A stretch of DNA of 64,000 bases from Candidatus Poribacteria bacterium (GCA_965205025.1 CBDBFU010000015.1:128001-192000); one strand, 5' to 3'; shown: positions 51,900 to 63,224, counted from the first letter of the stretch. The notes: a model not told the origin generated them from the sequence alone. Translations and numbers: made by a program.

Positions 51900-53183
51900 C
51901 TACAGAGCAAACGTCATTTCATCATCAAGATCCATCAAAGCAAACCAAGTATTGATATCGGTGCGATCCGTGCCAAGTTTTCGTAGCATTTTAGCCATCA
52001 TCGCTTTATACCGATCATTTTCTGGTCCCATGCCTGTCATCTTTTCATTAAATTCTTGAATCTCCTCTTCGCTCTTTGGATGATTCTCCTTCAACCACGC
52101 TTCAATCTCTTCATCAGTCGTATATTTCTTCAATCCCTCAGTGAAATCAGCAGGTGAAACACCAAGAAAACCGAGTGTTGCGCGATCAATACCGGAATCC
52201 TCAGCATAGAAGTATTCTCCTAATGTGTTACCAATAAATGCTCTACCTTTATCAATCAACCGGGCAAGGTGTACCATACCATTTACATCGGTGTTGTATG
52301 GACTGCGTGGAGCACGTCGTTGCAGGTCGACAATACCAAAACTTTGTTCATCATCTAAATCTTGAAGTGCAACCCATGTATTTATATCTGTTCTTGAAGG
52401 TGCGACTTCTTGCCGTCGGGCTTCAAATCGTTCACGTGTAGTTTCATCCGGTCCCCGATTTACCATTGCTTGATTATAGGCATCTATTTCATCCTGTGTC
52501 TTACTGCAATTTTCCTGTACCCATTCACCAATCTCAATATCGTTAGGATTATTCACTGCGGCTTCCTGAAATGCATCTGCTGAAACACCTAAGAATTCCA
52601 AAATTCGGACATCTTGCCCAGATATATCACCAAATTTGTAGTCACCTACTTGTCCAGCACGTTCCGCCCGTGCCTTATCTGCCATGCGTGCTACACCACA
52701 TATACCCGCAATGTCTCTTGAACGAGCACTACGCGGCGGACGTTTTGTGAGATCCACCTGCCAATAACAACCCCAGTCATCCAATTCGATTGACTGTAAG
52801 ACAGTTGTTATGTCTGTGCGTCCAGGGGCATATTTAGCGAGTCGTTCCTCCAACATTCGCTTATGTTTTCTATCAGCAGGAATTCTCTCCAATTCTTTTC
52901 GGTTGAATTCATCAATTTCTTCGGAAGATTTATTTCCCTGTTCAAGCATCCATTTGCTAAGAGTCACATCATCGTTTTCGTCCGCTGCTTCCGCGAAATC
53001 GTCCGCTGAAATACCTAAAAACTTAAGAATACGCATATCTAATCCTGATTCTTTTCCGTAAACAAAGTCATCAAGAGTTTCTGCGTTATATGCACGAGCT
53101 TTGTCAGTCATACGTGCTGCACCGACAATCCCTGCAACACCTAAATTAGTCGGTCTACGTGGTGGTTGGCGTCTTAAATCCAT
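51900..53183 (-). CDS. Protein with three tandem DUF5069-like domains
   Basis: DL....PR....G....AR..DK.RA x3; start probably MDLRRQ. Confidence 0.7.
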   Translation of the reverse strand: MDLRRQPPRRPTNLGVAGIVGAARMTDKARAYNAETLDDFVYGKESGLDMRILKFLGISADDFAEAADENDDVTLSKWMLEQGNKSSEEIDEFNRKELERIPADRKHKRMLEERLAKYAPGRTDITTVLQSIELDDWGCYWQVDLTKRPPRSARSRDIAGICGVARMADKARAERAGQVGDYKFGDISGQDVRILEFLGVSADAFQEAAVNNPNDIEIGEWVQENCSKTQDEIDAYNQAMVNRGPDETTRERFEARRQEVAPSRTDINTWVALQDLDDEQSFGIVDLQRRAPRSPYNTDVNGMVHLARLIDKGRAFIGNTLGEYFYAEDSGIDRATLGFLGVSPADFTEGLKKYTTDEEIEAWLKENHPKSEEEIQEFNEKMTGMGPENDRYKAMMAKMLRKLGTDRTDINTWFALMDLDDEMTFAL

Positions 53184-53350
53184 AATTCGTATCCTTTCAA
53201 TTTGTTTGATAATATGGTATCCTGTTGCTAAATGGTATTGTACCATATTCAATAAGGGTGTCAATAGAAAACTCTACCTTGAGAATATCAGGGTACAATG
53301 AAAATTGTAAGCATTCAAAGATTGTTTTCAGAATAATCGAGGGGTGATCT

Positions 53351-53779
53351 ATGTCAATTGAAGAGGGAATATCCAATATGACAGCAGAACCATTATTATT
53401 AGCAATGATAGAAGAATACTCGCGCCTTCCTGGTAAAAAACATGATCGCTATTGGTGGTTACGAAATAAACGTGAAGAGGAAAATCTCACTGACGACGAA
53501 ACTAAAGAATACGAAGCATTAATTAAAGAATGGGAAGTAAGAAATATTGAACGAATCCGCGCACTCATTGCTTTAGCCGAAAAACGCGGAACAACTTTAC
53601 AAGGCATCATGGCACAATTAGGGTTAAAAGGAACTGAAGATGATTTCAGACCGGTTACGGTCAAGTATCCGTTAAGCGAATCTGTAGCAAATCAAGGAAA
53701 CAAAGCGCATTCACGACAACTCATTAGGTTAGCCAAAAGAGACTTTAAAAGGGCAAAAGAACTGGAATCCGAGAAATGA
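53351..53779 (+). CDS. Hypothetical protein whose C-terminus (DF..AKELESEK) matches the trypsin-TPR genes
   Basis: Last 8 codons and downstream DNA identical to end of 53837-56386. Confidence 0.65.
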   Translation: MSIEEGISNMTAEPLLLAMIEEYSRLPGKKHDRYWWLRNKREEENLTDDETKEYEALIKEWEVRNIERIRALIALAEKRGTTLQGIMAQLGLKGTEDDFRPVTVKYPLSESVANQGNKAHSRQLIRLAKRDFKRAKELESEK

Positions 53780-53836
53780 TACCACACCTGACTGTCTATG
53801 ATCAGGTATTAATTTACAAAATGGAATTTACATCTT

Positions 53837-56386
53837 ATGAAATCTCGTATTGAATCTTTCTTGATATTACTGGTAACCTTTGGGTTTACCCTCTCATGCG
53901 CACAAGCACCCCAGCAAATTGCTGAAAAAACCTTAGTACCAACAGAAAACTTAGCAAAAGAAAAAGCAGAAGGATCTACAGTCCTCTTGTTGAGCAGAAA
54001 TGGTAAAACAGAACCGCTTGGTATGGGGTTCTTTGTAGATAAGGACAAGATTGCAACAGGTATTCATGTTGTCGCACAACCCGGTCCTGTTTTTGCTAAA
54101 CTTAGCGATAAAGAGAAAATTTTATCAATTGATGGTGTTGCTGCGTTTGATGTAAAAAACAATCTCGTCATTTTACAACTTTCTGGTGAATGTAAACCTT
54201 TGTCTATAGGTGACAGTGATGCCGTTCAAATAGGTGAAACTGTATCTATTGCGGGATACCTTGATGGCAAATACAAAACCACCACTGGAACTATAGATAC
54301 CATCCAGAAAAGCGATAAGTGGTTCGGGATGAAAGGCACTATTTCTAAGGAGAGTAGTGGCGGTCCTGTGCTGAACAGTAAAGGACAAGTTATTGGAATT
54401 ACTGTCGGGTATGGTGATGACTCTGAAAACTACGCTATACCTTCGAACGCGCTCAAGGCATTGCTTGCCCAATCAGGACCATTGGAACCTTTAGTAGAAT
54501 GGCGAAAACGGGAAACTGTCCATGCTGAGATGCACTACAGTCGAGGAGAACAAAAATCCGCTGCCAAAAAATATAAAAACGCTATAGTTGACTTTGATAA
54601 AGCTATTTCACTAAACCCTGAGCATGTTCGTGCTTATTACAAACGCGCAAGAACGAAGTTTTACATAAATGACTATGCGGGAGCGATAGATGACTGCACA
54701 CACGCTATAAAACTCAACCCTGAACATGCCAGAGCTTATAGTGGTCGGGGAGTAGCAAAATCAATACTCGGCGAATCTAAATCTGATGATGGTAACGCAG
54801 AAAAAGTACAATACCTCTATCAGGAAGCAATTGAGGACTTTACGCAAGCCATAAAGATTGATCCTGAAGATTCTCGTTATTATATCAATCGAGGCATTTC
54901 AAAGTGTGAATTGGGGGATATCGAATCGCGGCGCGGCGATGCTGAGAATGCAAAACTGTTGAACTACGAAGGCATTGTTGACGCTGGGAAATCTATCCAA
55001 CTGAAATATATGCAGGACACCAATGCTTCTATAGCACGTATAGAATCCAAAAGGGGCATAGCGTCTATAGTCAGCGTGATGTGCTGGACAGGTAGGCTTT
55101 TTAATGGGAGCGGCTTTTTCGTGGACACGGATAAGATAGCGACGAATATACACGTTGTTTCCCGCCCCGGGCCTGTTTTCGTTAAACTCCTTAACAACGA
55201 CAATATCTGGGAAGTTGAAGAAGTTACTGCGTTTGATATAAAAAACGATCTTGTTGTCCTAAAGATTTCCGGTGCAGGCAAGCCACTGCCTTTGGGAGAC
55301 AGCGATAAAGTACAAAGCAGAGAACCTGTTGTTGCCGTGGGATATCCTGGAGGAAGATATAAGGTCACTACCGGAAATGTACAAGGCATTGGAAATAACG
55401 ATAATTTGATCAGAACAACAGTTGAAACTTCTGAAGGGAACAGTGGTGGGCCCCTCCTAAACAACAAAGGGGAAGTCATCGGGATTAACACCACATTAGA
55501 AAAATACAGTATTGCTGTTCCATCAAACATCCTTAAAGCATTACTTACCCATTCTGTGTCACCAGAACCTTTGGCACAGTGGCAGAGGCGCGATCAAATT
55601 CGCACCTACGCCTATTTCGGTGAGGGAGAAGACAGATTTAATGCTGAGGAGTATGTGAAGGCGATAATCAACTTTGATAACGCTATTTTACATAACCCTA
55701 AATATATTCGTGCTTATAACTGGCGCGGACGAGCAAACTTTCATCTTGGTCAATCTAAAGCAGAACAAGGAGATGTAGCTGAAGCACAACAACTCTATAA
55801 AGCAGCCGTTGAAGACTATACCCAAGCCATCAAGATTAACCCTGAATTTGCAATCGCACTTAACAATCGCGGAGCAGCAAAGTTTGAACTTGGTCAATCA
55901 AAAGCAAATCAAGGAAATATAACTGAAGCACAACATCTTCATGAAGCTGCAATTAATGATTTTTCGCTCTCAATTAAGATTGAGCCGAAGTATACCTTTC
56001 CTTATTTCCATAGAGGAGTAGCGAGATTTATCCTTGGTCAATCAAAAGCAAATCAAGGAAATATAACTGAAGCACAACAACTATTCCAAGCAGTGATTGA
56101 AGACTGCACACAAGCCGTCAAAATTGACCCTGAGCATGCCAATGCATACAGCAATCGCGGAGCAGCAAAGTTTGAACTTGGTCAATCAAAAGCAAATCAA
56201 GGAAATATAACTGAAGCACAACAACTTTTCCAAGCAGCGATTGAAGACTGGACGCGCGCTATCAAGATCGCCCCTGAGTATACCGAGGCATACTACAATC
56301 GCGGGGCGGTGAGAGAAGCACTTGGACAGCATAAGGAAGCTGAAAAGGATTTTGCGAAGGCAAAAGAACTGGAATCCGAGAAATGA
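53837..56386 (+). CDS. Lipoprotein with two trypsin-like domains each followed by TPRs
   Basis: LS-C lipobox; domain 1 H/NNL/ESSGGP, domain 2 H/NDL/GNSGGP. Confidence 0.9.
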   Translation: MKSRIESFLILLVTFGFTLSCAQAPQQIAEKTLVPTENLAKEKAEGSTVLLLSRNGKTEPLGMGFFVDKDKIATGIHVVAQPGPVFAKLSDKEKILSIDGVAAFDVKNNLVILQLSGECKPLSIGDSDAVQIGETVSIAGYLDGKYKTTTGTIDTIQKSDKWFGMKGTISKESSGGPVLNSKGQVIGITVGYGDDSENYAIPSNALKALLAQSGPLEPLVEWRKRETVHAEMHYSRGEQKSAAKKYKNAIVDFDKAISLNPEHVRAYYKRARTKFYINDYAGAIDDCTHAIKLNPEHARAYSGRGVAKSILGESKSDDGNAEKVQYLYQEAIEDFTQAIKIDPEDSRYYINRGISKCELGDIESRRGDAENAKLLNYEGIVDAGKSIQLKYMQDTNASIARIESKRGIASIVSVMCWTGRLFNGSGFFVDTDKIATNIHVVSRPGPVFVKLLNNDNIWEVEEVTAFDIKNDLVVLKISGAGKPLPLGDSDKVQSREPVVAVGYPGGRYKVTTGNVQGIGNNDNLIRTTVETSEGNSGGPLLNNKGEVIGINTTLEKYSIAVPSNILKALLTHSVSPEPLAQWQRRDQIRTYAYFGEGEDRFNAEEYVKAIINFDNAILHNPKYIRAYNWRGRANFHLGQSKAEQGDVAEAQQLYKAAVEDYTQAIKINPEFAIALNNRGAAKFELGQSKANQGNITEAQHLHEAAINDFSLSIKIEPKYTFPYFHRGVARFILGQSKANQGNITEAQQLFQAVIEDCTQAVKIDPEHANAYSNRGAAKFELGQSKANQGNITEAQQLFQAAIEDWTRAIKIAPEYTEAYYNRGAVREALGQHKEAEKDFAKAKELESEK

Positions 56387-56443
56387 TACCACACCTGACT
56401 GTCTATGATCAGGTATTAATTTACAAAATGGAATTTACATCTT

Positions 56444-59400
56444 ATGAAATCTCGTATTGAATCTTTCTTGATATTACTGGTAACCTTTGGGTTTACCCTC
56501 TCATGTGCACAAGCACCCCAGCAAGTTGCTGAAAAAACCTTAGTACCAACAGAAAACTTAGTAACAGAAAAAGCAGAAGGATCTACAGTCCTCTTGTTGA
56601 GCAGAAATGGTAAAACAGAACCGCTTGGTATGGGGTTCTTTGTAGATAAGGACAAGATTGCAACAAGTATACATGTTGTCGCACAACCCGGTCCTGTTTT
56701 TGCTAAACTTAGCGATAAAGAGAAAATTTTATCAATTGAAGGTGTTGCCGCGTATGATGTTAAAAACAATCTCGTCATTCTAAAACTTGCCGGTGAAAGC
56801 ACGCCGCTGCCAATAGGTGACAGTAATGCGGCTCAAAAAGGTGATTCTGTATCTGTATTCGGATATACCGATGGGAAATACAGAGTTACAACAGGCACTA
56901 TAGAAAACATCCTAAAGAGCAATAAATGGTTCTGGATGAAAGTCGCTACTTCTAAAGAGATCAGTGGCAGTCCCGTGCTAAATGATAAAGGACAAGTTAT
57001 TGGGGCTACTGTGGGATATGGGGACGGTTCTCATAACTACGTAATTCCTTCAAACGCACTCAAGGCATTACTTACAAAATCCGAGCCACTGGAGCCTTTG
57101 ACAGCGTGGCAGAAACGAGAACATATCCGTGCTGAGGTGCACCACAATCAAGCTGAACAAAAATACGCTGCTAAAAAGTATAAGAAGGCGATAGTTGACT
57201 TTGACAGAGCCATTGAACTAAACCCTGAACATGTTCGGGCTTACTACAAACGTGGTAATACGAAGTTTCAACTTGAAAATTATACTGATGCGATAGAGGA
57301 CTATACACACGCAATAAAACTAAATCCTGAACATGCCAGAGCATTTAATAACCGTGGTAATGCGAAGTTTGAACTTGAAAACTATTATGATGCCATAGAG
57401 GATTATACACACGCAATAAAACTAAATCCTGAACATGCCAGAGCATTTAATAACCGTGGTAATACGAAGTTTAAGCTTGAAAACTATGCTGATGCCATAG
57501 ATGACCATACACACGCAATAAAACTAAATCCTGAATATGCCAGTGCCTACAGCAATCGTGGTATAGTGAAGTGTAAATTGGGGGATATCAATTCGGAGCG
57601 AGGTGATGCAGAGAATGCAAAACGGTTGTACCACGAAGGTATTGTTGACGTCGGTAAATCTATCCAACTGAAATATATGGCGGATGCTGACGCTCCGGCT
57701 ACATCTATAGAATCCAAAAAAGGTATTATGTCTACAGTCAGCGTGATAAACTGGAGCGGCAGTCTTTACACTGGAAGCGGTTTCTTCATAGGCACGGATA
57801 AGATTGCTACGAATATACACAATATTAACAACCAAGGACCTGTTTACGCTAAACTCCTCAACAACGAGACAATTTGGAAAGTAGAAGAAGTTACTGCGTT
57901 TGACGTGAAAAACGATCTCGTTACCCTAAAGCTTTCCGGTGAAGGCACACCACTACCTTTAGGAGACAGTAATGCGGTCCAAATTGGAGACTCTGTAGTT
58001 ACCGTGGGATATCCCAGCAAGAAATACAAAGTCACAAAAGGGAAAGTACACAACATCCGGAATAGGGACAAATGGATAGTGACTACAGCCAATGTTTTTC
58101 GGGGAAATAGTGGTGGACCTTTGCTAAACAGTAAAGGAGAAGTTATTGGGATTAACACACAAGGAACTGAATCAGGGAATCACTGTATTTCTGTTCCATC
58201 AAATATACTCAAGGCATTGCTCAATCAATCAATGTCCCCGGAACCTTTGGCACAGTGGCAGAAGCGCGATCAAATCCGTGCCTATGCTTACTACAATATA
58301 GGACAATCGAATTGTATTGCTGGGAACTACAACAAGGCACTAATTAACTTTGAAAAAGCTATCTTACATTATCCTATACATTTTGATATATACGATTGGC
58401 GCGGACGGACCAAGCACAATCTTGGTAAATCCAAAAAGAGTCAAGGGGATGGAGTTGAAGCACAAAAACTCTATAAAGCAGCTATTGAAGACTATACGCA
58501 AACTATCAAGATCGACCCTAAGGATGCGAATACTTTTTACAATCGTGGAAATGTAAGGGATGACCTTGCACAGTCTAAAGCAGAACAGAATAATATAGAT
58601 GAGGCACAAGATTTATATGAAGCAGCTATAAATGATTTTACACAAGCAATCAAGATCAACCCTAAGTACACCGATGCCTACAACAATCGGGGAGGGACAA
58701 AATCTAACTTTGGTAAATCTAAAGCAGAACAAGGGGATATCACAGTAGCACAACGACTCCATCAAGACGCAATAGACGACTATACAAACGCTATAAATCT
58801 AAATCCTAAGGACGCAGATACTTACTACAATCGCGGGATGGCAAAGCGTGATCTTGGTGAATCAAAAGAAAAACAAGGCGATGCAATAGAAGTAGAAAAA
58901 CTTTATAAAGAAGCAATGAACGATTATACAGATGCAATCAATCTAAATCCTGAGGATGCCGATATTTTTTTTAGTCGTGGGCTGATAAAATATCTCCTCG
59001 GTCAATCTAAAGAAGAACAAGGCGATATACCAGAGGCACAGCAATTCTATAAAGCATCTATTGAAGACTATACACATGCTATAAAACTAAACCCAAAAGA
59101 TTTAGATACATACAATAATCGCGGGGTGTCAAAACACGAGCTTGGTAAGTCTAAAGAAGAACAGGGCGATATACCAGAGGCACAGCAATTCTATAAAGCA
59201 GCTATTGAAGATTATACACACGCAATAAAACTAAACCCAAAAGATACAGATACATACAACAATCGTGGGAACACGAACCATGACCTTGGGGAGTCTAAAG
59301 AAGAACAAGGCGATATACCAGAGGCACAAAAACTCTATATAGCAGCTATTGAAGATTATACAGAAGCAATCAAACTAAATCCTAAGGACGCGAAAACTTT

Positions 59401-59638
59401 CCACATCCGTGGGGTGGTGAAGCATAGCCTCGGAGAATCTAAAGAAGAACAAGGCGATATACCAGAGGCGCAAAAACTCTATCAAGAGGCAATAGATGAT
59501 TATACACACGCTATAAAACTGAACCCAAAAGATTCAGATACATACAACAATCGTGGGATAGTAAAGAAAGCACTTGGACTGCATAAGGAAGCAGAAAAGG
59601 ATTTTGCAAAGGCAAAAGAACTGGAATCCAAAAAATAA
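56444..59638 (+). CDS. Paralogous double-trypsin TPR lipoprotein with 48-aa extended TPRs
   Basis: 5' region near identical to 53837; domain 1 EISGSP, domain 2 GNSGGP; 144-bp repeat period. Confidence 0.9.
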   Translation: MKSRIESFLILLVTFGFTLSCAQAPQQVAEKTLVPTENLVTEKAEGSTVLLLSRNGKTEPLGMGFFVDKDKIATSIHVVAQPGPVFAKLSDKEKILSIEGVAAYDVKNNLVILKLAGESTPLPIGDSNAAQKGDSVSVFGYTDGKYRVTTGTIENILKSNKWFWMKVATSKEISGSPVLNDKGQVIGATVGYGDGSHNYVIPSNALKALLTKSEPLEPLTAWQKREHIRAEVHHNQAEQKYAAKKYKKAIVDFDRAIELNPEHVRAYYKRGNTKFQLENYTDAIEDYTHAIKLNPEHARAFNNRGNAKFELENYYDAIEDYTHAIKLNPEHARAFNNRGNTKFKLENYADAIDDHTHAIKLNPEYASAYSNRGIVKCKLGDINSERGDAENAKRLYHEGIVDVGKSIQLKYMADADAPATSIESKKGIMSTVSVINWSGSLYTGSGFFIGTDKIATNIHNINNQGPVYAKLLNNETIWKVEEVTAFDVKNDLVTLKLSGEGTPLPLGDSNAVQIGDSVVTVGYPSKKYKVTKGKVHNIRNRDKWIVTTANVFRGNSGGPLLNSKGEVIGINTQGTESGNHCISVPSNILKALLNQSMSPEPLAQWQKRDQIRAYAYYNIGQSNCIAGNYNKALINFEKAILHYPIHFDIYDWRGRTKHNLGKSKKSQGDGVEAQKLYKAAIEDYTQTIKIDPKDANTFYNRGNVRDDLAQSKAEQNNIDEAQDLYEAAINDFTQAIKINPKYTDAYNNRGGTKSNFGKSKAEQGDITVAQRLHQDAIDDYTNAINLNPKDADTYYNRGMAKRDLGESKEKQGDAIEVEKLYKEAMNDYTDAINLNPEDADIFFSRGLIKYLLGQSKEEQGDIPEAQQFYKASIEDYTHAIKLNPKDLDTYNNRGVSKHELGKSKEEQGDIPEAQQFYKAAIEDYTHAIKLNPKDTDTYNNRGNTNHDLGESKEEQGDIPEAQKLYIAAIEDYTEAIKLNPKDAKTFHIRGVVKHSLGESKEEQGDIPEAQKLYQEAIDDYTHAIKLNPKDSDTYNNRGIVKKALGLHKEAEKDFAKAKELESKK

Positions 59639-61198
59639 TTATGAAAAACAAACCTATTCTTATTATCTCCATACTCGGTGTACTTCTTTCTATTATCCTA
59701 AGTGGCATCTATCTCAACTTTTCCTATTTTGAACCCGATACCGTATCATATCTATTTCAGGCGAAGTTGTTTGCAAAGGGTAAAATATCTGTACCGGTAC
59801 CACCACAAACAATAGATGGTGAGGTGACTCTGGAACCAAACGGTACACCGATGCCAGAATATGGACTCTCATCTTCACCCCATATTAACATGCTAAACGG
59901 TAAATGGTATTCCAAATATCCGTTTGGCAATGCCTTAATGCTGATGTTTGGCGTTTTTATAAATGCCCCCTGGTTGATTCCAGCACTCGCAACGGGTGGT
60001 GCACTGTTCCTACTATTCCTACTTCTCAGAGAAACTTATGGAAAACCGATTGCATTAATCGCTGCAGTGATTGCGCTCATTTCACCGGCAACTGCTGGGA
60101 TGGGTTCAACATGGTTTAGCGAACCCGTCAGTCGATTCTACTTAACACTGTTCCTATTCACACTTGTACGTACTTTGAAAGGATCTGGCAAGGTTGTTTA
60201 TCCACTCATATCAGGATTTGCATTGGGGTACGCTTTCAATACACGTCCACTCTCTGCCATTGTGTTCGGTATTGTCGGAGGAGGATTTGTTCTCTATCAT
60301 CTATATAAACCAAAAGTAATAGGCAAGTTATCATCTGAAGTTGATACGGAAGATCAGAAAGATTTACCAGAACGAGGACAGTTAATTGCTCGATTGGGGA
60401 TATTCTTTATACCATTTGTCTTTATGGTTTTCGTGTGTATGGCTTGGAATTCTCACTTTACAGACAATCCATTCACGTTCACCCACACAGCAGCACAACC
60501 GTATGACAAAATTGGGTTTGGGAAACGTACAGAAGGATACTATCCAAACATAGAAAATACAGGGGAATTCAAACCAGAGTGGGCTGTTGAGAGAACATGG
60601 CGACACATTCTTCCGTGTATCAGTTTCAATGCACTCGGATGGGGAAATTATCACGACAATTTGTTAAAGGATGTCAAATTGTCATTGAAGTGGATTATAG
60701 CCTTTGTACCGTTAATTCTGCCGTGGTTACTGTTGCTTATCCCCTTCTTCCACCACTCGCGTAACAGATACGATGTGTTCTGCCTTGCATTACTCGTTGG
60801 TAATCTGCTGCTTTATGCATTTTTCTATTTTGAAGGTTCAACGTGGGGATTCACACCCGTAAACGCACGCTATTACACTGAGTCGACGTTTCTCGCATTC
60901 ATTCCGTTGGTTGCACGTGGGATGTTTATCCTATCAGAGCGGTTCAGATTACCTCAAAGGCGCGGACTTGCGTTTGCCGTTGGAGTTTGCATACTGTTAC
61001 TAAGTATCAACACCGTATGGACTTATGTTCGAATTGGCGAAAAATACCAGAATTGGGGTCATGTCTATCAGAAGTTACCACCGATGGTCGCGGAGCAAGA
61101 CATTCACAACGCCGTTATTTTTGTATCTCGACACCGAGGTGCACCGATAGGTGATTATCCGTTAAAGAGCCTCCAAGAAGCAGATATTGTCTATTTTA

Positions 61199-62102
61199 TA
61201 GTTAAAAGCAAAAACACCTTTACATTTTTTCTGATTTTGTGATAATAGTTATATTATGAGATATTCACCAGACTTACGAAAACGCGTTCTTGATTTCATA
61301 GCAGCAGGTGGTAGTAAAGCAGAAGCTTCCCGTAGATTTCAAGTTTCACGCAGATCTATCTACAACTGGTTAGACGCAGTAGATCCTTTTACTTATGAAA
61401 AACCGGGGCCTCGTAAACCTTATCGGCTTGACCCAGAAGCACTCGCTGAACATGTCAAAGAATTCCCAGACAGCACGCAGAAGGAACGTGCTGCACATTT
61501 TGGCGTGTCACAGCGGTGTATCTGTTATGGTCTGAAGCGGATCGGATGCACGCGAAAAAAAGACATTTACCTATAAAGAACAATGCCCAGTCAAACAGGA
61601 GGCCTATCTCACCCAACTTCAGACAGCACTTGTGAACGGAAAAACACCTGTTTTTGTTGATGAAAGCGGTTTTAGCACAGAAAGTGTTCGTCAGTTCGCT
61701 TATGCGCCAAGAGGGGTTTGCGTATCGGATAAAATCTCAAGCAATCGGTATAGATGCACTACGCTGATTGCTGCACAAATACAAGGGCGTTTCACGGCTC
61801 CTGTACTTTTTGAAGGTGCTTGTGATGCGCTTGCCTTCAATGCGTGGCTTGAGAGCGTGCTGTGTCCACTACTTGACGCATCACACGTTGTCATATTGGA
61901 TAATGCGTCTTTCCATAAAAGCCAGCAAACAGAGGCATTGATTGCTGCCTGTGGTGCGAGTTTACTTTTTTTACCTCCGTATTCGCCTGAACTCAATCCT
62001 ATTGAAAGAGATTTCGCGAACATAAAACGTAAATGGGAATACAATGCTGAAGCGTCAATCGATGAAATCGTAAAAATGTACAAATAATTATGATTTCCAC
62101 TA
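61199..62102 (+). mobile_element. IS630-family element
   Basis: TA duplication (61197-61198 / 62103-62104); imperfect TIR TAGTTAAAAGCAAAA / TAGTGGAAATCATAA. Confidence 0.9.
61256..62087 (+). CDS. IS630 transposase, -1 frameshift at A7G (61555-61562)
   Basis: orfA HTH MRYSPDLRKRV; orfB FVDES, LDNASFHK, LPPYSPELNPIE. Confidence 0.9.
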
Positions 62103-62222
62103 TAAACTGGGTCCTGCTCCACGGTGGGGATTAACGAATAGCGATTGGAGGAAGGTTTACGCACAATATTTCGATGGAAGAAAGGCATACATGTATGAAC
62201 AAGGTCATAACGAATTAAAGCC

Positions 62223-62290
62223 TTTATCTCTTGATCAGTAAAGTAGAATTAGTGTTTTTATCTCTTGATCAGTAAAGTAGAATTAGTGTT
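62223..62290. repeat. 34-bp tandem duplication spanning the GT-C stop codon
   Basis: TTTATCTCTTGATCAGTAAAGTAGAATTAGTGTT x2. Confidence 0.9.
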
Positions 62291-62427
62291 TTAATACCTA
62301 TTTCAAGGATTGGATAACTTTTGATTCTACCGAATTGTGATCTGTTTCATGGAGCAAGTATAGGGTTCATCATTATCAGAGAAATAGTAATAGCTACAGC
62401 GACAATCGGTCTTATTCTACAAACTCC

Positions 62428-63201
62428 TTATGATTGTATCATCTCTCTGAATTTCTTTGTAAAATCACAACTCCGCCTTATACTCGCTACATCTTCCATC
62501 TTATATTGAATAACCAACGGACCAGAAAAACGAATCTCTTTCAGACCCTTTGCAAAAGTTTCGAAATCAAATATACCTCCACCCGGTTCACCTCGATCAC
62601 TTCCCGACATATGCACGTCCCCTAAACAGGTCTTCATAGCCAGTGCCGCTGCGTACGGATCTGCACTATCATTGTTTAGGTGATAGGTGTCACAGGTTAG
62701 ATACACAGATAATCCAGTATCCGATATAAACTCTACACCTTCACGATAGTTATCAAGCGGACATCCTTTCTCAAACTCAAGGGCAATTTTGATATCGTGT
62801 TCCTCACAGACAGGAATCATCTTGCCGAGGTTATCAGCAAGCGCGTCAAGGGAATCTTGCCTTGAAACATCTTGAGACGGATTCACCCAGACGCCAATAT
62901 ACTCCGCGTCAAACCTCCGTGCAACATTATGCACAATCTCAAAGTGCTGTAATGCTTCATCTTTTCTGGATGGGGTGGTTAATATATGATTACCAAAACC
63001 GATTGTGGGTACAACAAGGTTGTGTTTCTCAGCAAGACTAACTGCATCCTCAATCTCTGAGTTTGTTAGTTCACCGAGAAAAGCGGAATTTACAGGTATA
63101 TTGATGCCTTCATATCCTGCATCAGCAACAAGATCAAAAATCTCTGCCCGTTGGAATCTACCCAATGTTCCAGAATAGGGATCATAACAGATCTTTAACA
63201 T
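62428..63201 (-). CDS. Sugar phosphate isomerase/epimerase (TIM barrel)
   Basis: ALEFE, DTYH, VHMSGSDRGEPG.G..DF. Confidence 0.85.
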   Translation of the reverse strand: MLKICYDPYSGTLGRFQRAEIFDLVADAGYEGINIPVNSAFLGELTNSEIEDAVSLAEKHNLVVPTIGFGNHILTTPSRKDEALQHFEIVHNVARRFDAEYIGVWVNPSQDVSRQDSLDALADNLGKMIPVCEEHDIKIALEFEKGCPLDNYREGVEFISDTGLSVYLTCDTYHLNNDSADPYAAALAMKTCLGDVHMSGSDRGEPGGGIFDFETFAKGLKEIRFSGPLVIQYKMEDVASIRRSCDFTKKFREMIQS

Positions 63202-63224
63202 AGCGTCTCCATTTTCTTAAATAA

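Larger units (their letters stand above)
59641..62241 (+). pseudogene. GT-C (ArnT/PMT-like) membrane glycosyltransferase interrupted by IS630
   Basis: PD..SYLFQA, SKYP.G, many TMs; removing the IS joins DIVYF-KLGPAPRWGLTNSDW...PLSLDQ*. Confidence 0.8.

Noticed and set aside
53837-59638. Diversity-generating retroelement acting on TPR repeats
   Set aside because: No reverse transcriptase; differences between repeats are not evidently adenine-specific
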